From: Archaeoglobi archaeon
GTDB taxonomy: Archaea; Halobacteriota; Archaeoglobi; Archaeoglobales; Archaeoglobaceae
Assembly (NCBI GenBank): GCA_029259415.1
Contig: JAPDIW010000005.1
Span: 13,805-77,804, forward strand
DNA length: 64,000 nt
Direction of reading: 5' to 3'
Below the pieces are notes generated by a model that was not told the DNA's origin, searched no databases, and saw only the letters and a list, made by a program, of their open reading frames with translations. Position 1 is the first letter of the stretch. The number at the start of each line of letters is the position of its first letter. Shown here one piece after another: positions 10,426 through 21,342 of the stretch. A program made the position numbers and the translations under genes.

Positions 10426-11802
10426 CTAATCATCGCTTCTCCCCCTCATAGCCCTCTTTAAAATTTCAAACACAACTTTCAGACGTCCCTTTCTGATTTC
10501 TTTCCATATAAAACTTGGTCTAAGGTAGAAGCGGAGATAGCAATGTTTTAGAAGCTTTGAAATCTCTTCAGGAGTCATGTATATGTTTTTCAAAACAGGC
10601 TTACCGGCGGTGTACTCGTCAAAGTTTTCAGTAAGAATAAGACCTTTTTCTTTCGCCTCTTCATAAATTTCTGTTCCCGGATACGGCGTAAGGATTGAGA
10701 ACTGCGCATAATCTGGGTTGAGCTTAATAGCAAACTTTAGAGTCTCTTTCATATCTTTTTTCGTTTCATGTGGAGCGCCGATGATGAAGGAGCAAACTGT
10801 CTCAATTCCCACCTTTTTCGTGATCTCAATCGCCCTTTTAACAGCATCGAGCTTTATCCTTTTCCTGTAGTATTTGTTCAGAATCTCCTCATTTGCAGAT
10901 TCAACACCGTAGTATATTACCGAGCATCCGGCTTCTCTCATTTTACGGAGCATTTCTTCGTTTATTGTGTCAACTCTTGACGAGCAGCTCCACTCAACAT
11001 CAAGTCCCCTTTTCTTTATCTCGTCACAGATCTCAAAAACCCTTTTTCTGTTGAATGTGAAGGTGTCATCACCAAATCCGATGTGCTTCGCCCCGAAGTC
11101 CTCGGCGAGCCACTCCATTTCATCCACGACGTTTTTTGCACTCCTTGCCCTGAATCTTCTCCCGAGAAAGAGCGAGGAGCTACAGTATCTGCAGGCGAAA
11201 GGGCATCCCCGGGAGGTTATCATGGGAAACTGCTCAAGTTTCTGGCCAAGGAGAGAGTACTTTTCGAGTGGCATCAAGTCAAAAGCGGGAAAAGGGAGGG
11301 AATCGAGGTCTTCAATGAATCCTCTAGGCCCGTTATCTACAATCTTACCTTTATCTCTGTAAATCACCCCTTCAACGCCATCCAGGCTTTTTCCAGCCTC
11401 AACTCTCCCTGCAACTTCGACAATTGTTTCCTCTCCCTCCCCCATGCAGACGGCATCGACAAAGTCATGTCTGAGTGCATCAAAAGGGCGGAAGGTTACG
11501 TGGACTCCCCCCATTATAACGAGAGCACCGAGCTTTTCCTTTATCATTTTGGCATACCTTAAAGCAGAGTTGAACGTGGCTGTTGTTGAAGTTATCCCTA
11601 CAATCTCGGAGTTCTTCAACCTCTCCACAAGCTTCTCGAAACTCAGCTTCTCCACGAGGTCGTCAATGATCTGAACCCCGAACCCCTTCTCCCTCAAAGC
11701 TGCCGCTAGGTAGCCAAGGCCGAGAGGAGGTGTGGAGATCCCCAGCCTCTTCACAACTTCAACGGCAGCGTTCGGGTTTACCAGAGATATAGTGTAGCCC
11801 AT
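10426..11802 (-). CDS. B12-binding radical SAM protein
   Basis: PPLGLGYLAA, GGVHVT, TSRGCPFACRYC. Confidence 0.9.
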   Translation of the reverse strand: MGYTISLVNPNAAVEVVKRLGISTPPLGLGYLAAALREKGFGVQIIDDLVEKLSFEKLVERLKNSEIVGITSTTATFNSALRYAKMIKEKLGALVIMGGVHVTFRPFDALRHDFVDAVCMGEGEETIVEVAGRVEAGKSLDGVEGVIYRDKGKIVDNGPRGFIEDLDSLPFPAFDLMPLEKYSLLGQKLEQFPMITSRGCPFACRYCSSSLFLGRRFRARSAKNVVDEMEWLAEDFGAKHIGFGDDTFTFNRKRVFEICDEIKKRGLDVEWSCSSRVDTINEEMLRKMREAGCSVIYYGVESANEEILNKYYRKRIKLDAVKRAIEITKKVGIETVCSFIIGAPHETKKDMKETLKFAIKLNPDYAQFSILTPYPGTEIYEEAKEKGLILTENFDEYTAGKPVLKNIYMTPEEISKLLKHCYLRFYLRPSFIWKEIRKGRLKVVFEILKRAMRGRSDD

Positions 11803-13192
11803 ACTCCTTCACCTTCTCCCACCACTTCCTGTTGTTGGTACATCCAGGATCAGGCTTCAGGTAGTCGCCGAAGTAGTTGTAGGCTCTCGCTCTACAACCG
11901 CCGCAAACATACCTGTAGCTACAGCTTCCACAGCCTTCAAGCAAGTCTTTATCCCTCAAATCCTCAAAGACGTGGTTGTGCAACCATAACTCCTCCAGAT
12001 CATCCTCTCTCACATTCCCCACTTTAAGCGGGAAAAACACACACGGCTGAATGTCCCCATTCGCCTTTATGGCGAAGTAAAACCTTCCCGCCCCACAACC
12101 GCCAATAAACTCCGCCAACTCCCTCAGCCTCTCTCCGGCATTGACGTTGTAGAAGTGCGTCGGCACAATCTCTCCCTGACACTGGAGCGCAACTCTGGCA
12201 AACTGAGGAGCAGTTGAGAGGAGTGAGATGTTTGAGGAATAATTTTTCTCGTACAGCCACTTCAGCAACTCTTCCCTCTGCTCAGGTGTTATGTCCGACT
12301 CAACTATCTCCCTGCCCCTCCCTGTAGGAATGAAGTTGTAGTGCATGAACCAGTTAACGCCAAGTTTCTCGCATAACTCAACAACTGCCGGGACATCCTG
12401 GTAGTTGAACTTCGTAACCGTCATCGATACGTTGACAAACAGCCCCGCCTTTACCGCATTCTTTATCCCCTCAACGGTTTTGTCAAAACACCCTTTTATC
12501 CCTCTGAAGGCCTCATGCGTTTCCTTTACTCCGTCAAGGCTGATCTGCACGTATCCCACACCACTCTCCTTCAGTTCTCTGGCCTTTTCCTCGGTAATTA
12601 GAGTTCCGTTGGTCGCTATTGCAACGTAGATTCCTTTTTCGGCAGCATAACTCGTAAGCTCGAATATGTCCTTTCTGACCAGAGGCTCACCGCCTGAGAA
12701 TGCAATTATCGTCACGCCCAGTCTGTCGAGCCTATCTATGAGGTCGAGAGCTTCGTCGGTGGTGAGTTCATCATGCAAAGGTTTCCCTGCTGTTGCATAG
12801 CAGTGCTTGCAGCGGAGGTTGCATGCATAGGTCACATCCCACACAACCTGGAATGGTGCACCTGGGACGAAAGGCTTTCTCACGCCAAAATGTGCAATCC
12901 CTTTTATAACACTCGCTAAGCCTTTTCTCCAGTAAGCATCCTTGAACTTCTCTCTTAGCTCGTCCATCGTAACATTGAATGCCTCTGCCCCCCTGTTAAG
13001 AACAGTTCCGACGATCTTGGCTGCAGCTCTGCACTTCCAGCAGGCATCACTCCGATAACCAAGAGCCAATTCCAGAGCAACCTCGAGTCTCGACTTCTTG
13101 CAGGTTGAACAGTATGCAGTTAAGCCCTGAAGGGTTTTTCTCGTTATGGGATTACTCGCAAAATTTATGAAAATGGAAATTTTGTCCAACAT
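11759..13192 (-). CDS. Radical SAM/SPASM protein
   Basis: CNLRCKHC, SGGEPL, GCGAGR, CxxCxxxxxCGGCRARA. Confidence 0.92.
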   Translation of the reverse strand: MLDKISIFINFASNPITRKTLQGLTAYCSTCKKSRLEVALELALGYRSDACWKCRAAAKIVGTVLNRGAEAFNVTMDELREKFKDAYWRKGLASVIKGIAHFGVRKPFVPGAPFQVVWDVTYACNLRCKHCYATAGKPLHDELTTDEALDLIDRLDRLGVTIIAFSGGEPLVRKDIFELTSYAAEKGIYVAIATNGTLITEEKARELKESGVGYVQISLDGVKETHEAFRGIKGCFDKTVEGIKNAVKAGLFVNVSMTVTKFNYQDVPAVVELCEKLGVNWFMHYNFIPTGRGREIVESDITPEQREELLKWLYEKNYSSNISLLSTAPQFARVALQCQGEIVPTHFYNVNAGERLRELAEFIGGCGAGRFYFAIKANGDIQPCVFFPLKVGNVREDDLEELWLHNHVFEDLRDKDLLEGCGSCSYRYVCGGCRARAYNYFGDYLKPDPGCTNNRKWWEKVKEYGLHYISGKPERCR

Positions 13193-13470
13193 AGCAAATC
13201 ACCTTCAAAGATTTTTCCATTTAATGATAGTTTGAATCATACTTAACTTTTTTTGTTTAAAAACTAAACCAAATGTCCAGGAGCATGTTGACGGATATGC
13301 TAATTAATTCGAATTGTAGAGTATTTACTAAAAATTTTCATTTTCGAAGATTATAAATTAAAGTTTTCACAAAAACGTAAAATATAAAACGTTATAAAAG
13401 TTTTTCATGCGAAATATAGTAGAAAAACTTATAAAATATGTTGTTTACTGCCGATGAGGAGTGATGCCTC

Positions 13471-13752
13471 ATGCATAAAGAAGAGATAATTTTGCTGCAC
13501 CTGACCCTCTACAACATTAAAAAGCTTTTCGAAAATGCAGGCATTGCCAACGGGCATTTTAGAGCCTATGATGAACTGGGTGTCCAGCCCGTGCACATCC
13601 ACAAAAGTAAAACCGAACACAAGAAAGCAATTGCACTTCTTTGCAAAGGCATTTCCGAAATTTTCAGGGAGCGCAGCCCGGAAGATTTAATGGAAAGCGA
13701 AAATCTCAAGTTCGTAATCCAGTCTATTGTACCTGAGATGTGCGAGCCATGA
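13471..13752 (+). CDS. UPF0058 family protein
   Basis: MHKEEIILLH...PVHIHKSKTEHKKAI signature. Confidence 0.85.
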   Translation: MHKEEIILLHLTLYNIKKLFENAGIANGHFRAYDELGVQPVHIHKSKTEHKKAIALLCKGISEIFRERSPEDLMESENLKFVIQSIVPEMCEP

Positions 13753-14173
13753 GGTAAGCATCTTCCCCATCGCTGTAGTAACCATGAATTACATCGATGA
13801 TTTCAAATCCAAATTTTTTATACAATCTTTGAGCCGGGATGTTTGAAACCCTCACTTCAAGCAGAATCTTCCTCTTTCCCCTTCCTTCGAGCCTTTTAAT
13901 CGCTTCTGAAAGAAGCATCTTCCCTATCCCCATCCCCCTGAATTCCTTTCTCACAGCGAAGGCCATTATCTTTCCAGTGAACTCATCAACATCCATCGTC
14001 ACTATATATCCAGCTATTTTTGAGCCGGTATCTGCAACAAGCAAATCGGAGCCGTAGGTTATGTAAACATAAACGTCGTAAGCAGGATTGCGCGGAGAGA
14101 AAGCTTCCTTGTCTATCTCAAGAATTTCTCTGAAGTCTTTGTGAGTGTAGTCCCTTATTATCACAGTCTGCAC
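13724..14173 (-). CDS. rimI: RimI-like GNAT N-acetyltransferase
   Basis: RGMGIGKML, LEVRVSN, YYSDGEDA. Confidence 0.9.
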   Translation of the reverse strand: MQTVIIRDYTHKDFREILEIDKEAFSPRNPAYDVYVYITYGSDLLVADTGSKIAGYIVTMDVDEFTGKIMAFAVRKEFRGMGIGKMLLSEAIKRLEGRGKRKILLEVRVSNIPAQRLYKKFGFEIIDVIHGYYSDGEDAYLMARTSQVQ

Positions 14174-14205
14174 AAAACTTAATTGTCCGTCTGAGATAAT
14201 AAAAA

Positions 14206-14598
14206 TTGTTCATGCTGCAGATTGCTGAATACATTGCAAAAAACTACAGCGGTAAAGTGGTGGAAGTAGGGATAGGAAGGTTTACAGCAGTGGCAGAACT
14301 TCTTGCAAAAAGGGGTTTTGAGGTCGTTGTGACCGATATAACCAGAAGGGACGTTCCTGAAGGATGCAAATTTTATCTGGACGATATTACAGACCCCAAA
14401 CTTGAAATTTATGAGGAGGCGTCTCTCATCTACTCGCTTCGACCGCCACCTGAGCTTTTTTCTGCAATACTGAAAGTCTCGCAAAAAGTTGGGGCGGATT
14501 GCATCATAAAACCCCTCTACGGGGACTACATGGAGTGGAAAGTGGTAAACTACAAGGGTGTGCAGTTCTACTTAGTAAGGAGGGAAGAGTATGATTAA
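14206..14598 (+). CDS. UPF0146 family protein
   Basis: KVVEVGIG, DDITDP, IYSLRPPPEL. Confidence 0.88.
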   Translation: MFMLQIAEYIAKNYSGKVVEVGIGRFTAVAELLAKRGFEVVVTDITRRDVPEGCKFYLDDITDPKLEIYEEASLIYSLRPPPELFSAILKVSQKVGADCIIKPLYGDYMEWKVVNYKGVQFYLVRREEYD

Positions 14599-15004
14599 GG
14601 AAATTGAGGTTGAACTGGACGGTTTCGGAGACATGGCTGACATAACAAATGAGGTGGAGAACTTTGTTAAAGAGAGTGGTGTTGAGAGCGGAGCAGTTCT
14701 CGTATTCAGCATCGGGAGTACCGGGGCTGTAACGACCATTGAGTATGAGCCGGGTTTGAAAAAAGACCTTCCCAGAATCATGGAGAAAATCGCACCATAT
14801 GGAGAGCACTACGAGCACCACAAAACATGGGGTGATGACAATGGCTCAGGCCACGTTAAGGCGAGCATAATTGGGCCGTCTGTTGTCATCCCATTCCACA
14901 ACCGCAGGCTGATTCTTGGGACATGGCAGCAGGTTGTTATCATCAACTTCGACACCAGAAGGAGAAAGAGGAGGGTATTGCTTCAGATTTTAAGGTCATG
15001 CTGA
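14591..15004 (+). CDS. YjbQ/UPF0047 family protein
   Basis: GSTGAVTTIEYEPG, HVKASIIG, LGTWQQV. Confidence 0.9.
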   Translation: MIKEIEVELDGFGDMADITNEVENFVKESGVESGAVLVFSIGSTGAVTTIEYEPGLKKDLPRIMEKIAPYGEHYEHHKTWGDDNGSGHVKASIIGPSVVIPFHNRRLILGTWQQVVIINFDTRRRKRRVLLQILRSC

Positions 15005-16005
15005 CCAAGCTTTACCTGAAAAAGAAATTCGAGGAGTATTACTCGAAAAATAATATCAAGCTACCGAGGGAATTCAGGAAGCGGGAATTTGCCTTCGTTC
15101 CGCTTGAGTCCCTTCCAGATTTCGTAATGCACAGGCACATATCCTTCAGCTCTGAAACTGACTTCAGAGCTTACGTTCTTTCCAACATTCCGGCTCATAT
15201 CTACTTTTCCTCAGCATACTATGAGAGGCCTGCGGAAAACAGGATGGAAGATAAGGGCTGGCTGGGAGCGGACTTGATTTTCGACATTGATGCGGATCAC
15301 CTTCCCGTGAAAACTAAATCTTTTGAAAAATCGCTTGAAATGGCTAAGAGAGAGATAAAGAAGCTTACAGCCATCCTCCGGGCCGATTTTGGGATAAGAG
15401 ATATGAAAATCTACTTTTCCGGTGGGAGGGGTTACCATGTTCACGTCCACGATGAGGATTTTCTCTTATTGGGGAGTGCAGAAAGAAGGGAGGTTGTTGA
15501 CTATCTCCGCCTAAATTCGCCGAGGATAGTTGTTGATGGAAGGATTGTGGATTCAAACGCAGCAAGAAGGATTCTGAACTACCTCAGGAGAAAAATTGAG
15601 AGCGATGAAACGCTGGCCAAGAAGCTCAAAATTTCAGCTGCAGACTTGAAAAAAGAAAAACTCCCCAAGAAGGCAATTCGAGCTATAGAGAAATTTGATT
15701 ATTCAGCTCTCAGCGTTTACATCGATGCTCCGGTCACTGCAGACATTAAAAGGCTTATAAGACTTCCGGGGAGTATTCACGGAAAGACGGGGTTGAGGGT
15801 GACGGAAGTTGAGGACATCGACAGCTTCGACCCACTAAAAGATGCTGTTGCCTTTGGTGAGGATGAAGTGAGTGTAAAAGTAGCAAAGAAAGTCAGTCTG
15901 AAGATTGGAAATTTCGAGGGGAGAGTATATCCAGGTAGAGTTAAGCTCCCTGAGTATGCTGCGGTTTTTTTGATATGTAGAGGGGTTGCAAGCTATGAGT
16001 CTTAG
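14998..16005 (+). CDS. priS: DNA primase small (catalytic) subunit
   Basis: [43 protein letters not shown]. Confidence 0.95.
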
Positions 16006-16418
16006 ACTTTTTTGACTGCTGAGATTAACTTTACGTTCATAACGCCTCTAGCAGCCGAGATTTTATCAACAAGTACTTTTATCCTCTCCATTTTTCCCTT
16101 AACGAGTATCATTTCAAGACACTGATCCTCATTGAGATGGATATGTGTGCTTGAAGTGATAATTTCGTGAAAGTCGTGCTGCAGATCGATGAGCAAGTCG
16201 CTGACACCTTTTACGTGGTGGTCATAAAGCACAACCAAAACTCCCACAATCTCCCCTTTTTCGCTCTCAAGCCACCTGTACTCGGTTATATAAGTTCGAA
16301 TTGCATCTCTGATAGCCTCACTTCTTGATGAATAGCCTCTGGTGGAGATTATTCTGTCAAACTCATCCAGAAGGTTTTTCGGCAGGCTAACACCTATTCT
16401 TGTAATTCCTTCTTCCAT
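16002..16418 (-). CDS. nikR: Nickel-responsive regulator
   Basis: [33 protein letters not shown]. Confidence 0.95.
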
Positions 16419-16548
16419 GCATAACTTCTTTCAAGAAATTATAAAAAAGTATTTCTTTCCGAAGATGTTTATTCAGAATAGAAATACACATTATCACACG
16501 GTAAATGCAGAACCTAAACTATATCTAACTTTTTGGAGTAATAATTAC

Positions 16549-17403
16549 ATGACAATCCTCGTAGGTGGAACGAATGGATTGATGGCACTCAAGGTTGCAA
16601 AAATTACCGGCATTCCTCTTTGCTACTCTCATGTAGACAGCTATCCGGATGGAGAGAAGTACTTCCGTTTTGCCTCCAACATTGAAGGGGAAGATGTAGT
16701 AATTTTCAACTCAATGCACCCGAATCCAGACGAAATTCTGTTTGAAACGCTCCTTATTGCCGAAACCGCCTACAGCAACGGAGCAAAATCAGTAACATGC
16801 GTCTTTCCATACTTTGCCTATGCAAGAACTCTAGATAGTATAAAGGGGGAAGCTTTACCAATCAAGACGGTCGTAAAAATGCTGAAAATCGCTGATATCA
16901 AAAAAATCATAACCGTCGACTTTCACCTTCAGGAGAACGTCTTCGGTGTTGAGCATCTTGACCTGACGGGAATGGAGAAGCTTGCAGAGTACTGTCTTGA
17001 AGAGTTCTCTGACAACTTTACAGTTCTCGCTCCTGATGAGAAAGCTGCCTACTGGGCCAAGAAATTCGCTGATAAGGCTGAATGCGAGGTGCTGGCTTTG
17101 AAAAAGATAAGAATTGATGCCGAAAACGTGATAGTTGATGATCTCAGAAAGGAGCTTGAAGGAGACGTTGTAATAGTTGACGACATAGTCTCAACAGGTG
17201 GTACCGTCTGTCAGGCTGCCAGGATAGCGAAAAGGGCTGGAGCTAAGAGAGTCTTTGTCGCATGCACTCATGCAATCCTTGCAAAGGATGCGATCATGAG
17301 AATTCTAGAGTCGGGGATAGAGGATATTGTTTCAACTGACACAATTCTAAGCCCCGTCAGCCATGTAAGCGTTGCAGATGTTGTTGCTTCTGCGATAGAC
17401 TAA
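16549..17403 (+). CDS. prs: Ribose-phosphate pyrophosphokinase
   Basis: YPDGEKY, PYFAYAR, VDDIVSTGGT; start placed at MTILV. Confidence 0.88.
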   Translation: MTILVGGTNGLMALKVAKITGIPLCYSHVDSYPDGEKYFRFASNIEGEDVVIFNSMHPNPDEILFETLLIAETAYSNGAKSVTCVFPYFAYARTLDSIKGEALPIKTVVKMLKIADIKKIITVDFHLQENVFGVEHLDLTGMEKLAEYCLEEFSDNFTVLAPDEKAAYWAKKFADKAECEVLALKKIRIDAENVIVDDLRKELEGDVVIVDDIVSTGGTVCQAARIAKRAGAKRVFVACTHAILAKDAIMRILESGIEDIVSTDTILSPVSHVSVADVVASAID

Positions 17404-17437
17404 GCTTTTAAAAACCCATCACTTTAACAGTAAAGTC

Positions 17438-18358
17438 ATGATGGAGAACGAAAAAGTCAAGGTTTATTTCCCTGACGGTCATCTTGAAAAACCCATCTGG
17501 GATGCACTCGTTACTGCTGGATATCGGCTCGGAAAGACGGAAAGAGGTTATCTGATCGACGTTGATCACCCAAAGCTCGTTTTCAAGCAGGTCAGACCCC
17601 AGATAATGCCCTTCTACATAGAAATGGGGAAGGGAGATGGGGGGATAACTGGAGAGGACATACTCCAGAACTGGATGCTGAAGTCCAACCTTAAAAACGT
17701 TGAAGTGCTGGAAGAGCTACCATTGAGGCCAACAAAGCTCGTCGTGGCAATTTCGGAAGAGATCTATCCTGATGTTTACACAATAGATGACTTCAAAGAG
17801 AAGGTCGGGGATAGGCAGGTATTCATAGCTTCGGAATTTCCAGAAATAGCCAAAATGTATGCTGAGAAACACGGCCTGAATGCGGTAGTCTTTGACCCCA
17901 TAGGAAAGACTGAAGCTTCTCTCCTGCCCCCAATGCCCGAAGCAGATCTTATTATTGAGATCACTGAATTCGGAACGACGCTGAAGGAGAACATGTGCAG
18001 GATTATTGATGTTGTGATGGACAAAGTTCACTCCGTCTTTATAGTTAACAAGGAGTCACTCAAGGACGAGGAGAAAAAGCAAATAATGGAGAACCTCGTA
18101 ACCGACCTCAAAGAAGTCATAGAGTCGAGAAATCTTGTCAGCTTTTACTTCAACGTTCCAGATGAAAATGACCTAAAGAAGATAATCAACTATCTGACTG
18201 AAAACGGCTTCGACCCCACAATTTCCCCACTGGCAAAGGGAGGAGCAGCAGTGCACATAATCGTTGACAAGAGTCGTGTTAAGTTTCTGAAGCCGATAGT
18301 GAGAAGCATGGGAGCGAAAAGGATTGCCACCTCACCTGTAATAACATTCGGGGATTAA
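17438..18358 (+). CDS. hisG: ATP phosphoribosyltransferase, long form
   Basis: RPQIMPFY, GITGED, GKTEA, ADLIIEITEFGTTLKEN, C-terminal ACT-like domain. Confidence 0.85.
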   Translation: MMENEKVKVYFPDGHLEKPIWDALVTAGYRLGKTERGYLIDVDHPKLVFKQVRPQIMPFYIEMGKGDGGITGEDILQNWMLKSNLKNVEVLEELPLRPTKLVVAISEEIYPDVYTIDDFKEKVGDRQVFIASEFPEIAKMYAEKHGLNAVVFDPIGKTEASLLPPMPEADLIIEITEFGTTLKENMCRIIDVVMDKVHSVFIVNKESLKDEEKKQIMENLVTDLKEVIESRNLVSFYFNVPDENDLKKIINYLTENGFDPTISPLAKGGAAVHIIVDKSRVKFLKPIVRSMGAKRIATSPVITFGD

Positions 18359-18362
18359 CTAT

Positions 18363-18770
18363 TTAATCAGCCAGTTCAACAAAAACTCTTTTATCTTCTT
18401 TTAAATATCCTACCGGAACTCCAATTTGCTTTGCTCTCTTTTTCAGCTCCTTATCATTCGTGATTAAAATACAACCATACTTTTGAGCAGCTTCAAGAAG
18501 CGATGGATCCCCTTCACTCTCAGTCTCCACGATTTCAAAATGGTCAAGAAGTTTCAGTGCAAACCTTGCTGCAACTTTTTCCTTTCCCCTCAAGCTCGAC
18601 TCAAGCTTTTCAAGCTCTCTCTTTACGGAAGCTGTAACAAAAAATTTGTTGAAACCGAACTCTCTCAACTGTCCGATGACGTCGGCTTTGTTGAGGTAGA
18701 TGTACATCAAAACATTGGTGTCTACTACAGCACACCTTACTTTATTATTCCTGCTCCTATCAGTCTCCAT
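18363..18770 (-). CDS. PIN-domain protein (Fcf1/Utp24-like)
   Basis: [22 protein letters not shown]; conserved position after aIF2-gamma. Confidence 0.88.
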   Translation of the reverse strand: METDRSRNNKVRCAVVDTNVLMYIYLNKADVIGQLREFGFNKFFVTASVKRELEKLESSLRGKEKVAARFALKLLDHFEIVETESEGDPSLLEAAQKYGCILITNDKELKKRAKQIGVPVGYLKEDKRVFVELAD

Positions 18771-19960
18771 CTGCTTCCTACTCTCCTGCTGATAGCAACT
18801 CTGGAGCCCTTCTCCGCACAAACTGGCCTTCTTAGAGTTACTTCTACAACGTCATCTCTTGCAGAAGTCACCACACCGAGGGTTATTGCAGTGCCTATTG
18901 CGAGCATCAGCGGTTCATTCATCTTTATCTTCTCAACCTCTACCTCCTCATCGAGTCCGACAACCCTCTCAAGAAGGTTAACTTCCATGGTGAAACTCGT
19001 AAGCACATCCGGTAGCTCATTTGGGTGGCCAACAACATTACCTACAAGAGCATCACTTTTAGTTAATGCAGGATCAAGCTTCGTTGCAATTCCAACGAGA
19101 CCTCCGGGAGTGGCTTCGTCAACAAACCTTCCTGAAGCCACAATACTCTGGACTTCCGTAAAAAGCGGATTCCAGTTCCCCCTGTCGTCCTTAACTCCAG
19201 GCCTTATCTCGATCTCGTCCCCGACTTTAATCCTACCTCTTGAGAGGCTTCCTCCTACCACACCCCCAAGGAGCTTTTCTGGCGGAGTACCGGGCTTGTT
19301 GACGTCGAAGCTTCTTGCAACATGCATAAGCGGAGGCGAATCGAGGTCTCTTTCAGGTGTTGGGATCGTTTCTTCGATAGCCTCTATGAGAGCATCCATA
19401 TTCACCTTTTGCTGTGCAGAAATGGGAATTATTGGAGCATTTTCGGCAATTGTCCCCTTAACGAACTCCTTTATTTCCTGGTAGTTCTCCAATACTCTCT
19501 CAGGGGTAACGATGTCTATCTTGTTCTGAGCGATAACTATTCTATTTATGCCAATTATCTGTAAAGCCATCAGGTGTTCTTTCGTCTGAGGGCGAGGACA
19601 CTTTTCATTTGCTGCAATAACGAGTACTGCCCCATCCATTATCGCAGCACCGCTCAGCATGGTTGCCATCAGCATTTCGTGGCCGGGACTGTCAACAAAG
19701 CTAACCGTTCTCAAAATTTCCGTTTCAACACCATGAATCGGGCATTTTTCCTCAACAGTATATGCCTCAGGAGGCTCGCATTCAGGACACTTCCTGAAAG
19801 TTGCATCAGCATATCCGAGCTTAATTGAAATACCTCTTTTCAACTCCTCACTATGTCTATCTGTCCAAACTCCACTCAACGCAGCCACAAGAGTGGTTTT
19901 ACCGTGATCAACATGACCGACAAGTCCAATATTGACTTCAGGAAGCGGAACTTCACTCAT
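18737..19960 (-). CDS. eif2g: Translation initiation factor 2 gamma subunit
   Basis: [28 protein letters not shown]; real start MSEVP at 19960. Confidence 0.97.
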   Translation of the reverse strand: MSEVPLPEVNIGLVGHVDHGKTTLVAALSGVWTDRHSEELKRGISIKLGYADATFRKCPECEPPEAYTVEEKCPIHGVETEILRTVSFVDSPGHEMLMATMLSGAAIMDGAVLVIAANEKCPRPQTKEHLMALQIIGINRIVIAQNKIDIVTPERVLENYQEIKEFVKGTIAENAPIIPISAQQKVNMDALIEAIEETIPTPERDLDSPPLMHVARSFDVNKPGTPPEKLLGGVVGGSLSRGRIKVGDEIEIRPGVKDDRGNWNPLFTEVQSIVASGRFVDEATPGGLVGIATKLDPALTKSDALVGNVVGHPNELPDVLTSFTMEVNLLERVVGLDEEVEVEKIKMNEPLMLAIGTAITLGVVTSARDDVVEVTLRRPVCAEKGSRVAISRRVGSRWRLIGAGIIK

Positions 19961-20306
19961 GAAATCAATCCCGAGGGGAATGTATTTAAATGTTGAGGGA
20001 TTTGCAGGCAGGTTAGTAGAGGAGCTCATCACGAAGCTGGCTGAAATTTGGGGGATAAACAAGGACAGTAACCCCGGCCGGATTGATGACGCATGACATC
20101 CGTAGCCCTCCAAACCTCAACATGCATCCGGTTTATTAATTCCTTATACATTCCACATAACCCGTTCTCTGCAACTTCTCCAATCTATTCATCTCTTTAG
20201 CCTCAAAATTCACAAACTCCTTGTCATCCGGTCTGATCTGCCATATACACCCCCAACCGTTCCTTGCCTTTCAACTCCTCATGCAGCGTTGCGCAATGGG
20301 GGGGCG

Positions 20307-20903
20307 TTATTCAACGTTCAACCCATGACCCTCAAGGGGGTCAAGGGAGGGGGGTTGTTCACCTATACTTGATTTCAAGATGTGATCCTCCCACATCACC
20401 TCTGAGAGCCACATCACCTTAACTTTATCCCTACCAAATATGTACTTCTGCCTCTTCATGTTGAGCAGTCCGAGGTCGAAGTGAGCAATGTTGTGACCGA
20501 TAAGGTGCTTGGGATTCTCCCTCAGGAACTCAAAAAACTGAACTATCAGATCCTCCTCGGTTGAGTAAAGATGAAATGCAACCTCAATCCCGTAATTCTT
20601 CAGCTCCTCCTTAATCCTCTCCCTTACCTCTTCATCAACAATGCCGTGAACGAAGAAATGAACCTTTTTGGCCGAGATATCATAAAGCTGGATGCTCCTG
20701 ACCTTCGAGTTCAACCTGTAGCTCTCAATATCGAGAACGTAAGCATCCTGAATCGGAAACCATCTTGAAGCATCCAAAAAACGCTTTGTCTCTATTCTTC
20801 TGTTAAAAGGTAAATCATCCAAACTGATGCCCTGACTCTGACTAAGATCAACCTCAACATCAATATCTCCCTGCCTCGCATTTAAATCAGCCAGGGTCAG
20901 CAT
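20307..20903 (-). pseudogene. N-terminal 3'-5' exonuclease region of a family B-like DNA polymerase, truncated
   Basis: ExoI VLDIES and ExoII LIGHNIAHFDLGLL present; no ExoIII or polymerase motifs downstream in any frame I translated. Confidence 0.7.
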
Positions 20904-20998
20904 ACTTCATACTCTGGATCAACACCGTTCAGCCGGTAAACCGACTTCCAGGAACAGCCCTCGTCATCCGGATCCTCAGAAACATTTTTATAAAATAA

Positions 20999-21022
20999 AA
21001 GCCCCTCAATATTGAGGGGCTT
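20999..21022. repeat. Perfect 24-bp palindrome AAGCCCCTCAATATTGAGGGGCTT (terminator- or cruciform-like)
   Basis: Read directly; followed on the minus strand by TTATTTTAT. Confidence 0.9.
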
Positions 21023-21060
21023 GCAGCTTAACGCTGTGAGTTCCTCCAATGCCTTCCACC

Positions 21061-21339
21061 TCAGTACTCCGCATTGATCCACTGAACCCTCTTTTCTCCC
21101 TTTGTGATGTACTTTGCCGGCACCTTCAGAATCACCTTGCCGTTCCTCTTCTCTCCGTGCTTCAGAGCTGACTGAATTGCCTTCTCGCCGAAGAAACCAA
21201 TCGCATCGATTTCCTCTCCATTGTGCCTCCCGTAGACGACCAATATTTTCTGGCCGTCCTTCTCGGTTGTCTGGGCATCCACCACCTCAATTTCTTCCAA
21301 ACCAAACAGATCTCCGAGTTCCAACCCCATTTCTACCAC
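21061..21339 (-). CDS. 92-aa beta-rich protein, possible ssDNA-binding protein
   Basis: Strong RBS GGAGGTGG; located just upstream of the polymerase fragment; function is inference. Confidence 0.6.
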   Translation of the reverse strand: MVEMGLELGDLFGLEEIEVVDAQTTEKDGQKILVVYGRHNGEEIDAIGFFGEKAIQSALKHGEKRNGKVILKVPAKYITKGEKRVQWINAEY

Positions 21340-21342
21340 CTC

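Noticed and set aside
20296-20355. G-quadruplex at the left junction
   Set aside because: The G-runs would need either a loop of about 30 nt or a zero-length loop; weak support.
20897-21082. 61-aa ORF between the SSB-like gene and the polymerase
   Set aside because: It starts inside the upstream gene without an RBS and runs through the palindrome and AT tract; probably non-coding.
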